Assembly (NCBI RefSeq): GCF_006345805.1
Contig: NC_043008.1
Location: 25,978,001-26,042,000 of the forward strand
Direction: 5' to 3'
From: Octopus sinensis
Taxonomy: Eukaryota
Length of the DNA stretch: 64,000 nucleotides
A program made the translations under genes and the position numbers. Each line of letters begins with the position of its first letter. Positions within the stretch are counted from its first letter, which is position 1. Below are positions 11,297-24,508 of this stretch, one piece after another. Under the pieces are notes generated by a model that ran no database searches, was not told the origin of the DNA, and saw only the letters and a program-made list of their open reading frames with translations.

Positions 11297-11345
<49 letters not shown>

Positions 11346-11729
11346 TATTTGTGTGAATGTGTGTGGCTTTGTATCTGTATATGTCCCTACTTTGTGTCTG
11401 AGTTTGTGATCATCACTTGACAACTGATGTTGGCATGTTTACATCCCCATAACTTAGCAGTTTGTCAAAAGGGACCAACAGAATAAGTACTAGGCTTTAA
11501 AATGTAAAACAAAAAATAATGGTTGATTTGTTCAACCACTTTGCAACCCAATACACTACCAATGACATTAAAGGTCTATAGGTCAATATTGTGACCACCA
11601 TTGTGTTAGCAGTGAATAGTTTTCATTTTTACATTTATCTCAACAGATTTTCAATACGGTTTAGAGTTCAGTGCTTGCTCTTGTACTTGATAGAAAATTT
11701 GCAGAGATAAACTTAAAATAATATGTATA

Positions 11730-12147
11730 TGTGGCTGTATGGTAAGAAGCTTGCTTACCAATCACAAGGTTCTGGATTGAGTCCCACTGCATGGAGCCTT
11801 GGACAAATGTCTTCTATACTAGCCTTGGGCTGACATCAAAGTCTTGTGAATGGTTTGGTTGATGGGGACCAAAAGAAGCCTGTTGTGTGTATACACACAC
11901 ACACACATATATATATATGTGTGTGTGTGTGTGTCTTTATGTCTGTTTGTCCCCCACCATTGCTTGACAACTGGTGTTGGTGTGTTTATGTCCTTGTAAC
12001 TTAGCAGTTTGGCAAAAGAGACCAAATAGAATAAGTGCCAGGTTTAAAAAAAATAAGTCATAAGGTTGATTCATTCGACTAAACCCCTTCAAGGTAGTGC
12101 CCTAGCATGGCCACAGTCAAATGACTGAAACCAGTAAAAGATAAAAG
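11730..12147 (+). mobile_element. Full-length composite SINE
   Basis: Head + (TG/TA)n + tail ending aaaagataaaaga. Further copies at 23420-23845(-), 34622-35035(-), 56450-56820(+), 25343-25510 (head) and 28480-28705 (tail). Confidence 0.8.
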
Positions 12148-12155
12148 ATATATAT

Positions 12156-13472
12156 GGTCCACAGCTTCTTCCCCAACCCTACCTCCCAACCTGGCTCATT
12201 CCCCTGCTCCTGCCCACACTACTGCACTTGCCCTTACCTCTCTAACACCACCTTCCTCACTGGCACCCATCATCGACCCTATCACATCACCGACTCCTTC
12301 ACCTGCACCTCTACCAATATCATCTCCTGCTCTCTCTGCCATTCTCTGTACATTGGACAAACGGGAAGCTGCTTGGCTGACCGGTTCGCAGAACACCTCT
12401 GAGACATCCGCCTCGGCAATGACACCCCGGTCTCACGTCATTTCCGCTCTACCAGTCACTCTTTGCAACACTTGTCCATGTTCAAATTGTCCTTGCACAG
12501 AGGCCACCCTGACTCCTGTTTGCGCCGTGGACAGGGATTAATCTTCTCTCTTCGCTCCTTTATGCGATTTGGGCTCAACTCTCCTCCCCTCTCCATCTAA
12601 CCTCCTCCCCTTGCCTTTCTCCCCCTCACTTCTACTTCCTCCCACCCACCTCTCCTCTCTTGCCCGAATCCTACTTCTCTTTACCCCTACTCTCTTTCTC
12701 TCTTCTCTCTTACTTTCTTTCTCTCTTCTCTCTTACTCGCTTTCTCTCTTCTCTCTCTAACTTTCTCTCTTCTCACATACCCACCTTCCCCTTTCCCCTT
12801 CATCGTCAACCCTCCCCCATAAGCCCACCCCAACCCTACACATTCCTACGCCACCTTCCCTATCCTTCCCATCACCCCATCCCAACCCTTACACCCTCTC
12901 CCAATACCCCATCTCTATGCCTACCCTCTGCCTACCCCAAAACCCCAACTCTACCCAACCCTCAGCCTAACCCACACCCCCCTTGCTTTCTCCACTCTCG
13001 CCTCCTCCACCTCCCAACAACATCACACCACACTGCACTACACCATACCACACAACACATCGCATCACAACACACCACCCACACACCAGCATTGACCAAT
13101 TCCCATCTCCTCATTTCCACACCTACACATACACACACGCACACGTCAAGACCACCAGACCTCTTTCACATGCACATACGTACTCTCTTATACACACATG
13201 TACCTTTGTTTTGGGGTTCATCTTTACTTTGTTATCTTCCCTACTTCTTCTCTCTCCTGTGTGACCCTTCTGTCCGGCAGTCGCCCTGATAGATCAGTAG
13301 CCACTACACACATTTTTTTCTCTCCTTGTTTTTTTCTGTGTCCCTTTCTCTAGAAGAGCGTAGGCTCAAAATGTAAAAGACTTTTTCAATTCCTGAGCGT
13401 TATACTTATACATCTGTTTGTTTTGTACACCACCTGTCTTCGTCTTTTGTTTTTTCATGGACTCTCCCTATA
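12156..13472 (+). mobile_element. 5'-truncated Neptune-type PLE: Cys-rich linker, GIY-YIG pseudogene, pyrimidine-rich 3' UTR, pLTR
   Basis: PGSFPCSCPHYCTCPY..FTCTSTNIISCSLCHSLYIGQTGSCLADRFAEHL*DIRLGNDTPVSRHF..LIFSL..GLN. Decayed HHR-like motif at 13344-13379. TA-rich flanks. Confidence 0.8.
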
Positions 13473-14860
13473 TATGTATACACACATACATTTGTTGTGC
13501 ACTGTATGGATTCATAGTCATGTGGCTATCACAGAAAGATCTTCTAGAGGATCTGGCTATAATACCACACAGTAATCCAACAGGGAGGAGTATAATTCAG
13601 AGTTCTATGCAGCTGATATTCAGGAGATCCAATCAATGGAATTATTTTATGAGGTGTATATAGACCATAAACGGTCAGGAGATAATGAGTGGTGAATATA
13701 TTCATTTAACCATTTGTTATCATGATGATTAAAGCTGTTTCACAGCCCTTGTCATGTAATACTAATTTCAGAATATAACTCATTATTTTACATGTCTGCA
13801 CCAATATGCATGCTATGCACTGTACAATATGATTGTACATTTAAAAATCAATGCAGATGAAGATGGTGGCATAGGTTGGTATGGGATCTGTATAGCTGAG
13901 GTATTCAATATTAATGAAATTAAATTGAATATTATTAATAAGCATGATGAATTGATTGTAAGACACAAGCACTTTAGATATAACTCATTCCTACATTCTA
14001 ACTATACCTAGCCTTATACTTAATTATTATACCTATACTAAAATGTTTTATAGTTTAGACCAATGTTATTGAATAAATTCCCTACTTTGATTACCCATAA
14101 TGTTGTCCCACCTTAATAATAGGTGATGTAGTGGACTACATCCAGACATTCTGCTGTTTGTAAGAATACATATAACCCATTAACACCATCTATACTTGCT
14201 AATTCCTTACTTTGGCTGGCCATAATTTAGTCTTACCTTAATTAATAATGTATTAAGCTATATGATTTAAGGGAGACCTTAATTTATTTTCACCTTAAAT
14301 ATAAAGTAAAAGACCATGTTCAAACATTCTGCTGTCTGCAAAAATAGTTATTTCCCACTGATGCTAGCACCTTATATAAGGCCAACTGTACCTAATCTAA
14401 CACTTAATTATTAAACCTACTCTAATAAAGTTTAACCTACATCAATACAAATGAACAACTCGTTATTTTGGTTAACTGTAATTTGGTCTCACCTTAGTAA
14501 AAGATAATGTACTAGACCATATCTAGACATTCTGCTATTTGTAAGATACTTTACATCTGTTGACAAATAACATTCTATTATATTTAATGCCTTAACCATC
14601 TCTTGTATATTGAAGTTGCAACCCTATAATGGCTGCATGATACTGTTATTCTACACCTTCAAACATATATGTACTTTTGTTTGCATCTATTTTAGACCTC
14701 ATTTCATTTTTATTAATATACATAATTAAATTTGCTCTTATAATCAAGTTTAGCAGATTCAATCTAATTGAAGTGTTTACTTTATAGCATTTATATCCAT
14801 ATGCTCATATATGAACCTGTATAAATACTTGTTATATTAAGATATTGATATGTGCATGTA

Positions 14861-16129
14861 TTGGGTTCGCAACTAAGTTCCCGTCGTTTTTTAAAATATC
14901 GGAATTTATTGCGTTTTTAAAGTTTGGAATTTATTTTTTTCAAGAATTCTATTTGTGAATTATTTTGGAATCTATTTTGTTTTTTCTAGTTAATTTTAGT
15001 TAATTTTTGTTTATTTTCAGATAATTAAAATGGAACGCCAAGTTAAGAAAAACAAGCATTTTCGACATCTCCATCTTTTTGCTTTTAATCAAGGTTCTAA
15101 GGCTGCAAAAGCTGCTCACAACAGTTGTGCTGTGTATGTAGAGGGTGCCATAGCTGAAAGAACCACTCATGATTAGTATGCCAAGTTCAAAAATGGAAAT
15201 TTTGACCTCAAAGACGCACCTCGTTCTGGTCATCCAGTTGAGTTTGATGAAGAGCGATTAAACTAACTTTCACACAAAAATTCTTGTCAAACAACAAGGG
15301 AACTGGCAGAGAAAATGGGATGCTCCCACACTGCTGTAGAGAAGTATCTTCACTTGATGGGAAAGGTTCCGAAGTATGGAGCATGGGTTCTGCATGCTTT
15401 AAGAGACAACAACAAAAATCAACGTGCCACAATCTCTGCTGGTTTGCTTACTCATCACCACTCAACTCAAGCAACGATTTCTTTACCGAATCATCACTGG
15501 CAATGAAAAATGGTGCCTGTACATCAATATGAAGCAGCGTAAGGAATGGCTTAGTCCCGGTAAACAAGTGAAACCGTCCATGAAACAAGATCTTTATCTG
15601 TGTAAAATGATGTTGTGCATATTGGTGGGACTGGGAAGGGATTATCCATTATGAATTGCTGGAACAGAACCAAATGGTCAACTCAGAATACTATGTTCAA
15701 CAGATGGAATGACTCAACACAGCTATTCAAGAGAAAAGACCTCATCGGCAGCATGGAGTTCTTCTGCTGCCAGACAACACCTACCCTCATTTCACCAGTA
15801 TAACCAAGGAAGCCATTCAAATGCATGGCTGGGAAGTGCTGCCCCACCCGCCATACTCTCCTGATTTGGCACCAACGGATTTCCACCTCTTTCAATCTCT
15901 TTCAAATGCTATGCATTGAGTTTTGTTCAATACTGATGCAGAATTGAAAGCTTTGTTGGATCAATTTTTCGAGTTGAAATCGGGGGATTTCTACCAACGA
16001 GGTGTTGAAAATCTTGTTGAACATTGGGATGAAGTTGTAAACAAGGCTGAAAATATTATTGATTAATTAGTTGCTATTTTTTATTAAACCATCTAAAAAA
16101 TTTAAATTAAAAAAACAGTGGGAACCCAA
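14861..16129 (+). mobile_element. Full-length dead mariner (DD34D)
   Basis: TA flanks; left TIR ttgggttcgcaactaagttccc. Pseudo-ORF 15030-16066: MERQVKKNKHFRHLHLFAFNQG..PRSGHP, ITGNEKW, LLPDNT, HPPYSPDLAPTDFHLF, with stops and frameshifts. Confidence 0.93.
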
Positions 16130-16689
16130 TATATATTTGTACCTATATGTTTGCCTATAAGTATACATGTGTGTATATACATACCTTTATTCTAATATGT
16201 ATGTATATATGCATATATGTATCTATATCTGTTAAAATGTATGGATGTATATATAAATTTGTATAATAATCGGCAGTGTGTTTGCATTTATATTGATGTA
16301 TGTTGTTATGATTTATGTTCATGTATATGTATAATTATGTTCATGTATATGTATAATCATATTGCATTTATATTGATGTATGTTGTTATGATTTATGTTC
16401 ATGTATATGTATAATCATATTTTTGTAGTCATATTGTGTATATGTATGTATGTTTCAGTATGAATTTAGCTATTTATATGTGTTCATACTGAAGTACATC
16501 TATATGCATATGTTTGTGTGTATACTAATGTCACTGTGTGGTATGTATGTCTGTTCGTGGATGTATGAATATACACCTGGCTGCATATTTTTTAGTATGT
16601 AAATGCCTATATGTATGTGCCTCTATGTAGGCATGACTACTGTTTTAGTTTCAGTGCAGTTTATTGAGAGAATGTATTTGGAGGTCTTT

Positions 16690-18050
16690 TGATCTTTTAA
16701 CTCAATTTGAAAACAACTGTTGTTCAAAACTATCTCTTTGTTTAATCTTTATATCTCCAGCTGTCTATTCCCTATGGAATTCATGTTTCATGGGGAGAAT
16801 GCTTTAGCACACAAGTCCTGGTTTTCAATGGCAGCTGTGTGTAACTGTGGCTTTAAACCGGTTGATCACCTTCATATTCTCCTCATTTAGTTGCATCTCA
16901 CTAGCTGTTCCCCCACATGAAAGAACATTTGGTTAGGAACCAGTATTGCAGTGATTCCTGGTGGTGATTTTTGATCAGCAAGATGAAAAATTTTTCACTA
17001 ATGGGATTTAAGCACAGCAACATCGATGGAAGGATTATGTAGACCACAAGGGGGTCTATGTTGAAAAATAAACCTGCTTGAGATGTGAACTTTGATGGAT
17101 CTCTACCTTCATGTTAAATTCATTGCAGATCTCCTCGTTACCTGTTACTTTACTTATTGCATCATTTTACACTGCTTATACAACCCTCGGCAAACCATCC
17201 ACGTACACCTAGTTTCCTTAGTGATCACCAGATTACAGATAGTTTTTAGTCAAAGACTTTCATCGGGTCAATGAAGGTTCAGCATAGTGATTGACTCTTC
17301 ACTAAGTGTTTCCCCCATAGTTGTCTTTTTTATGAAGACTGCATTTGCGACACCCCTCCAAAGGACAAAACAAAACAGCATTTTGTCAAGATTAAATGTA
17401 TTCCTGATCAGTTGAACTGTGAGTTTCTCCATCACTTTCATAGCCTTGTCTGACAACTTGTAATTGCCTTCCTCTAAAACATCTAGTTTGCATTTGTAAC
17501 AGTTTATAACGATAATGTTATGCCTGTCATGGGGTATGACATCTTCCTGCATTACTTGATTAGTTTTTCCAATAATTAAGATATATTCTACTTAACCAGA
17601 CATTTTCAGCTTCTCAATTATGATCCTGTAGGACAAATAGATTTTCCTACCTTCATTTCCTTAATTGCTCTGTCTACAACAGTATTGCTATTAGACGTTC
17701 TGACTCTTCAGTAGGGTCAGAAAGAAATTACCCATTTTTATCCCCTAATTTTCTTCATTCACAAGCTCTCATAGAAGCATTTCTATGCAGCTTTCTTGTC
17801 ATCAGCAGCAATAGAAAGTGCCCCTCCATCATTTCATTTACACCTTTCTCCAGTGACATCTTAGTTCTTTTTAACTCACTGTCTTACAATCTGGAACACT
17901 CTATGCCTTTAATCCTTCTCTCATGGAACATGCATAATTTTCTTTCTTTCATCTTCTCTAAATACCAAGTATGCCTGATGCCTAGCTTTCCTTCTAGCAG
18001 TTTTCTTGTTGTGCCCTACTACCAACTACCTTCCAGACATTTTCTTGTAA
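16690..18050 (-). pseudogene. RTE-clade LINE reverse transcriptase fragment
   Basis: ORF 17268-17552(-) IPHDRHNIIVINCYKCKLDVLEEGNYK..DKAMKVME..FCFVLWRGVANAVF matches RTE IPxDW..YKGKGDALExGNYR..GFxPGRGTTDAIF; downstream DAISKV..EFNMKVEIHQ. Confidence 0.8.
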
Positions 18051-18060
18051 CTAAATTATT

Positions 18061-18108
<48 letters not shown>

Positions 18109-18579
18109 TATATATATAGGTGCTGGTGTGGTTGTGGGGTAAAAAATTTGTTTCTCAACCACTTGGTTCCTGGCTCAGCCCGATGGTGTGAGATCTCGGT
18201 CATGTATCTTCCATAGCCCCAGGTTAAGCAAAGCTTTGTGAATGAATTTGGTAAATGGAAACTGAAATAAGTGTGTGTTACTGTTTCTTTGCTTTGACAT
18301 TGCATAATGGTTGTAAACGAGTGTCACCACCATGCATCCAGTCTTCTTCATTTGCATCTTCTGTGGAAATGTGTCTGGTTGAATGAAAGCATCACCTTAC
18401 TTGGAAATAAGTGAAGGTTGGTGAAAGAAATGACATCTTATAGAAAATCCACCTTAACAAATTCCTTCTGGGGTTGGAAAAGTGGATGTTGAAACACTGA
18501 TAATGATATATTGATATATATGTATGTAAGATACCTGTTTCTCTGTCTCTCTAACTAAAACTATTTGTTATTTCTTTAC

Positions 18580-19135
18580 TACCCCAAAGGGGCTAAACAC
18601 AGAGAGGACAAACAAGGACAGACAAACATATTAAGTCGATTATATCGACCCCAGTGCATAACTGTTACTTATTTAATCGACCCCGAAGGGATGAAAGTCA
18701 AAGTCGACCTCGATGGAATTTGAACTCAGAACATAGCAGCAGATGAAATACTGCTAAGCATCTCGCCCGGCATGCCAACATTTCTGCCAGCACGCCTAAA
18801 ACTATTTGTTTCCAAGGATGTATGTTTGTAAAATTCTACAGCAATTTTACGATTTACAGCAAATGTACTGCACTTGAGCTCTACCTATCTTCTTACCAAA
18901 TACTCAGTATTAAATATTGATTTCAAATTTCGGCACAAGGCCAGCGAGTTTGGCAAACAGGAGTAAGTCGATTACATTGACCCCAGTATTCAACTGATAC
19001 TTATTTTATTTACCCTGAAAGGATGAAAGACAAAGTCGACCTCAGTGGTGGAATTTATGCTCAGAACATACAGATGGACGAAATGCCACTAAACATTTCG
19101 CCCTGCATGCTAAGGATTCTGCTAGTTTGCCAACC
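18580..19135 (+). mobile_element. Two adjacent copies of a third SINE-like family
   Basis: gtcgatta(c/t)atcgaccccag..tttaatcgaccccgaa..gatgaaag..aaagtcgacctc..gaatttgaactcagaa; further copies at about 32715-33120 (x2), 35825-36010, 45755-45965 and 50320-50515. Confidence 0.75.
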
Positions 19136-21715
19136 TACTCAGTATTAAATATTAAGCATTCCCTTTTGAATGCTTTGCCACTCTCAAAAGCTTCCATCAA
19201 CTTGTTTTGGGAGATCATCTGAAAGCCATTCTACTTTTTAACTCTACCTTGACTTGAGTAAATTCCTGATTAAGCAACTTGAGATCAAATTCTTTGCAGT
19301 TATGTTCATTGCATTTTTGCCTAAGCATCAATACAGATAAGTCAACTTAATCCATTGTGTCCATCTTTTATATAAAATGGCAGAATGATTTTGTAAAGAT
19401 TTGGTTGCCATTTCTAGCAAGTTGATTAACCAGACAGAGACTCTCATGATGGCTTAGAGTAAAATATATAAACAGTTATGGAGAGACAGATAAAAATGAT
19501 TAAATTTCCAAACACTCTTCAGTGAAGGTAAATGATTCTACTTTCCCCTAAGGGTCCAGGACCAAACATATCATGTTATGTGCAGTCTTATTTCACTTGA
19601 TATTAAATTAAGACACCTCCTTGTTGGTAATGGAGACATTAAACAGTGTAACGTGATATAGAATAGTAATGATGACTGGGATTCTGATTTGCAATCACAC
19701 GCATACAAAATCAAATACAGACCTATTCACCCAAGCACACATACATTCACTCACACATGCATGAAGACAGATATGTTATGCATAAAAAGACAGGTATATA
19801 TTCATGTACATAGAGAAACACAAGGTGACTCTTTTGGAGATTTGCAAATTGAGCATTATGATGATGACTGATGATGATGAAAGCAGTGGTGGTGGTGGTG
19901 TTGGTTGAAAATAGTGTACAATTCTGTAGCTCTGCATCTTCTTCAATTTTTCATTCTATTGAGAAAGAAGAAAGATCTTGAACACAGCATCCTAGCTTGC
20001 TAAATTCCTCAACATTCCCCAGAAAATAACTTAGATTTGCCTAACCTCCTCTCTCATCTGTCATTTATTTTCCATCCCACTCTCTCTCCTTCTCTCTCTC
20101 CTTCACTCTCTCCATCTCTCTCTCCATCTCTCTCTCCATCTCTCTCTCCATCTCTTTCCTTCTCTCTCTCTCTCTCTCTCTCTCTCTTCCCCTCATTCTT
20201 TCTATTCATTGGCTCTTTTTTTAAAGAAAACTATGTCAGGAGATGTCTTCTATATCTTGCACATCAAGGAACTTAAAGCTATCACCAAGAAACAAACTGT
20301 TTCTGTCTTTTAAAATGAACTGATAATACTTTACTCACTGAGCTACCACAGCCCTTTGTTTTACTCTTGTTAACTATCAATGATATATTGAGAAGTTAAC
20401 TCTTCTTGTGATATGATTCAATTATATTTTCACTCTCCAGTTGAGCTACTGAAGTGTATCAAATTGCTTTCATTGGTTTACTTTTAAGCTTCAGTGCATT
20501 TAAATTGGTGGTAGCATATTGACTAAGGCATAATCCCTAAATAGTTCAAAATGTGGCAATGATGTAGCAACTTCAGATATTCAGAAAAAGTCAATTTAGC
20601 TGGCCACTTTCTATAATTGGATTAGACAAATGCAAAATTTAATTACTCAGTTAACTAGGAAAATTGTGTAATCAGGAAATTTCTCTGACAAATTCCTGCT
20701 TTTCAATACGAACAGTATTCACCACCTGTTGTTATAATGGCTATTCGTTCACACAAGAAGAAAAACTAATAATTTTTAATCAATGAAATTATAACACACA
20801 CACACACACACATATTCATACACACATTCACACACATACACGCATGATGCAGGTAACTATACACTATCATATTCCCTATATGGAAATATTATATACATAC
20901 AAACATATACACATCAATATATTCATACACACACCAAAATTCAGAGATATGGAATGTATGGAGATACTGGCACATGATATAGAGGTATATCATGGCACTG
21001 GCATATACACAGATACTTGCACAGGCTTATACACACCCACACCACACTAATACACACACACATATCACACATTTAGTGTGAACTTAAACAAACTCTGTTT
21101 TAATATTAAGATATTTTATGACTAGACTCTAATTCCTCTTGTGATGAGGTGATATTTAATTGTAAACCACATAAATTTCCTTCTTCTATTATGTGATAGA
21201 AGGAAGAGTTGACATATCTAACATTTGTACTCAGGAGTATTAGAGACTAAACCTTATGATTAATGATGATAGTTGCATAAAGAAGTGCTGATCACTTAAA
21301 GTGGAAAGAAGGTGTGGAAGAAGGAGACCCAGAAAGACATGAGGCAAAGTAGTGAAGGCTGATCTCAAAATGCTGGCATATTGCAGTACTCAAGAAGACA
21401 TGCCCATCACTACAGAACTGAGATCCTAATACCAAGGTACCACTTAAAAGGCATTGGTGTGGGTGCCGGTGACATGAAAAAAAGCACTGGTGTCATGTAT
21501 AAAGCACCCAGTCCATGCTGTAAAGTGGTTGGTGTTAGGAAAGGCATCCAGCCATAGAAACCAAACCAAAACAGACTATGAAACCTGATGCAATGCAGCC
21601 CCTGGCCTTGCCAGTTTCTGTCAAGGCATCACACTCATGCCACCAAGGAAAACAGACATCAGATAATGATGATGGTGATGATGATGTTGACGATGATGGT
21701 GATGATGATGGTGAT

Positions 21716-21847
21716 GAAGAAGAAGAAGAAGAAGAAGAAGAAGAAGAAGAAGAAGAAGAAGAAGAAGAAGAAGAAGAAGAAGAAGAAGAAGAAGAAGAAG
21801 AAGAAGAAGAAGAAGAAGAAGAAGAAGAAGAAGAAGAAGAAGAAGAA
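21716..21847 (+). repeat. Pure (GAA)n tract, about 44 units, following a (GAT)n SINE tail
   Basis: Direct inspection. Confidence 0.97.
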
Positions 21848-22105
21848 TACTTTATGACTAAAACTTAGTAACCAGAAATTCCAGAAGCCTGTCATGCATA
21901 TATGCTTATACTCCTGTACTGATTAGTCATTCAACAATGTTTATGGCTGATTGAAGAGTTTAATAAATCAATTCAACACTTGTATTTATTTTAATCTGGT
22001 ACATATATCCTTTTTTGCTAAACCACAAAATCACAGGATGATAAAAGACAAAGTGCCACCCACAATACCACCTCTCTCTCTCTCTCTTTATATATATATA
22101 TATAT

Positions 22106-22309
22106 ATTATATAAAAGGGCTTAGTAAAATAAATTACTTTGCCGCATACTGAACTCATTAGAAATAGCAGCTAAAAAAACTTTTTTAAAAACTATTTCTA
22201 ATACTTTTCTTTAAGTATTAGAAATATTTTAAAAAGTTTTTTAGCTGCTATTTCTAATGAGTTCAGTATGCGGCAAAGTAATTTATTTTACTAAGCCCTT
22301 TTATATAAT
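22106..22309. repeat. About 100 bp-arm foldback with a 6-nt loop (ttcttt), plus a tail to about 22408, between (TA)n tracts
   Basis: ttatataaaagggcttagtaaaataaattactttgccgcatactgaactc.. and its reverse complement; only small indels in A/T runs. Confidence 0.95.
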
Positions 22310-22910
22310 GTAATAATTTGAATTCGCCTTAAATGGTCCCTTTGCATACTGAATACTTGGTGAAATTGATTAATTAATTAATTAATTTTACCCTCAATTG
22401 TTGAAATTATATATATATATATATATAATTTAATGTACACATTATTTAAAATAAGAGCTAACAATAGTTTATTGTCATAGAGACACTGAGGTTAGGCAGA
22501 TTTATTTATCTCTCACTGTATGGAGAACATTTTTGTTAATCCTACCTTTATAGAACAGTAAATTGTGTGTGTGTGTGTGTGTGTGTATGTGTTTCTGTCT
22601 GTGTGTGTGTGAATGTATGTATATATGTATCATCAGCATCATTTAACATCTGTGGTCCATACTGGCATGGGCTGGATGGTTTGACCAGAGCTGGCAAGCT
22701 GTGGAGCTGCACCATAATCCAGTCTGATTTGGCTTAGTTTCTATGGCTGGATGACCTTCTTAGTGCTAACCACTTTACAGAGTGTATTGTGGCACTCCAC
22801 ATAAAAGTATACAAAAAGGGTCTGACTCACACAGAATACAAATGAAATAGGGGGGTTAAAGGGGTTGAGGAAAAGTATTGCAAATCTCCAGCCGTTTTTG
22901 TGTATATATA

Positions 22911-23645
22911 TCTATATCTATAAAAGGGAGAATGTGTGTGCATGTGTGTACGTGATTGTAATTTATGCATGTCCACAAATTAGCACGCATGTCGCTCAAA
23001 CTTTAGGACATTTGTCAACACCCTCTCTGGGTTTTGTTAACTTATTTTTACCCTGAGGCACCCGTGGGCAGCGTAAATATCTATTTTCAAACATAGCTTT
23101 TAGCCACAAAAAATATCAGCCTTAGCTTTTTTGACAGCGTCTAACAAAAAACAATAATAATAAGATAAAGAAAAGTGGAAGAAGGAGGCAGAGAGTTTCA
23201 TGGGAAAGACAAATTGAGAGAGGGAGAGAGAGTAAGTTATGACGTTCATAAAAATAAAATGTAAAATATTTTGCTTTTTGTTTTTGAAAGACATTATATT
23301 TTATAATCATAGTATATATACTTTCTCACACAACAATTACAATATACTTATTTTAAATATAAATATATTGTAATTGTTATATATAATATAAATATATATT
23401 TATATTATATTATGTATATACTCTTTTACTCTTTACTCTTTTACTTGTTTCAGTCATTTGACTGCGGCCATGCTGAAGCACCACCTTTAATCGAGCAACT
23501 CGACTCCGGGACTTATTCTTTGTAAGCCCAGTACTTATTCTATCGGTCTCTTTTGCCGAACTGCTAAGTGACGGGGATATAAACACACCAGCATCGGTTG
23601 TCAAGCAATGCTAGGGGGTCAAATACAGACACACAAACATACACG

Positions 23646-23677
<32 letters not shown>

Positions 23678-23850
23678 CATATATACGATGGGCTTCTTTC
23701 AGTTTCCATCTACCAAATCCACTCACAAGGCTTTGGTCGGCCCGAGGCTATAGTAGAAGACACCTGCCCACGGTGCCACACAGTGGGACTGATCCCGGAA
23801 CCATGTGGTTGGTAAGCATGCTACTTACCACACAGCCACTCCTGCATTAT

Positions 23851-23890
<40 letters not shown>

Positions 23891-24010
23891 CTAATTTCAA
23901 TGGATTTCGCCCAAATTTGACGTCTATATTACTTAGTTTGGTTTGAAATAAAGAACTTGATTAGCTTAATAATCAACTTAATCCCGGGCAAAGATGGGTC
24001 ATACTGCTAG
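22911..24010 (+). mobile_element. Non-autonomous Helitron-like copy 1, containing a SINE at 23420-23845(-)
   Basis: A|TC 5' end (tctatatctataaaaggg); 3' cccgggcaaagatggg hairpin remnant followed by CTAG at 24007-24010. Confidence 0.75.
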
Positions 24011-24451
24011 TCATATCTATAAAAGGGAGGATGCGTGTGCGTGTGTACATGATTGTAATTTATGCACATCCACAAATTAGCATACATGTCGCTCCAATTT
24101 TAGGAGGACATTTGTCAACATCCTATCTGGGTTTTGTCATCTTATTTGTTTCCCCAAGGGACCCATGGGTAGCATAAATATCTATTTTCAGACATAGCTT
24201 TTAGCCACGAAAAATATCAGCCTTGGCTTTTTTGATGGCGTCTAACAAAAAAAATATGATAAAGAAAAGTGGAAGAAGGAAGCAGAGAGGTTCACGGGAA
24301 AGACAAAGTGAGAGAGGGAGAGACAGAGAGTAAATGACAACATTCATAAACAGCCTTAGCTTTTTTGCCAGTGTCTAACAAAAAAAAATATGATAAAGAA
24401 AAGTGGAAGAAGGAAGCAGAGAGTTTCACGGGAAAGACAAAGTGAGAGAGG

Positions 24452-24508
<57 letters not shown>

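Larger units (their letters stand above)
10427..11520 (+). mobile_element. Composite SINE (head 10427-10585, tail about 11370-11520) interrupted in its central (TA)n by the palindromic element
   Basis: Head (ggttcagtcccactgc..ccttgggcaagt..gccttgtgagtgga) and tail (ttgacaac..gttgg..aacttagcagtt..aaaag..agaataagtact) are contiguous in the uninterrupted copy at 11730-12147. Confidence 0.7.

Noticed and set aside
18580-19135. Repeated units with variable spacers resembling a CRISPR array
   Set aside because: These are eukaryotic SINE copies of about 200 bp; there is no short regular repeat-spacer array and no cas genes.
21578-21868. Acidic poly-E ORF resembling a nucleolin/prothymosin tail
   Set aside because: It consists of a SINE tail plus (GAT)n(GAA)n, with no other coding support.
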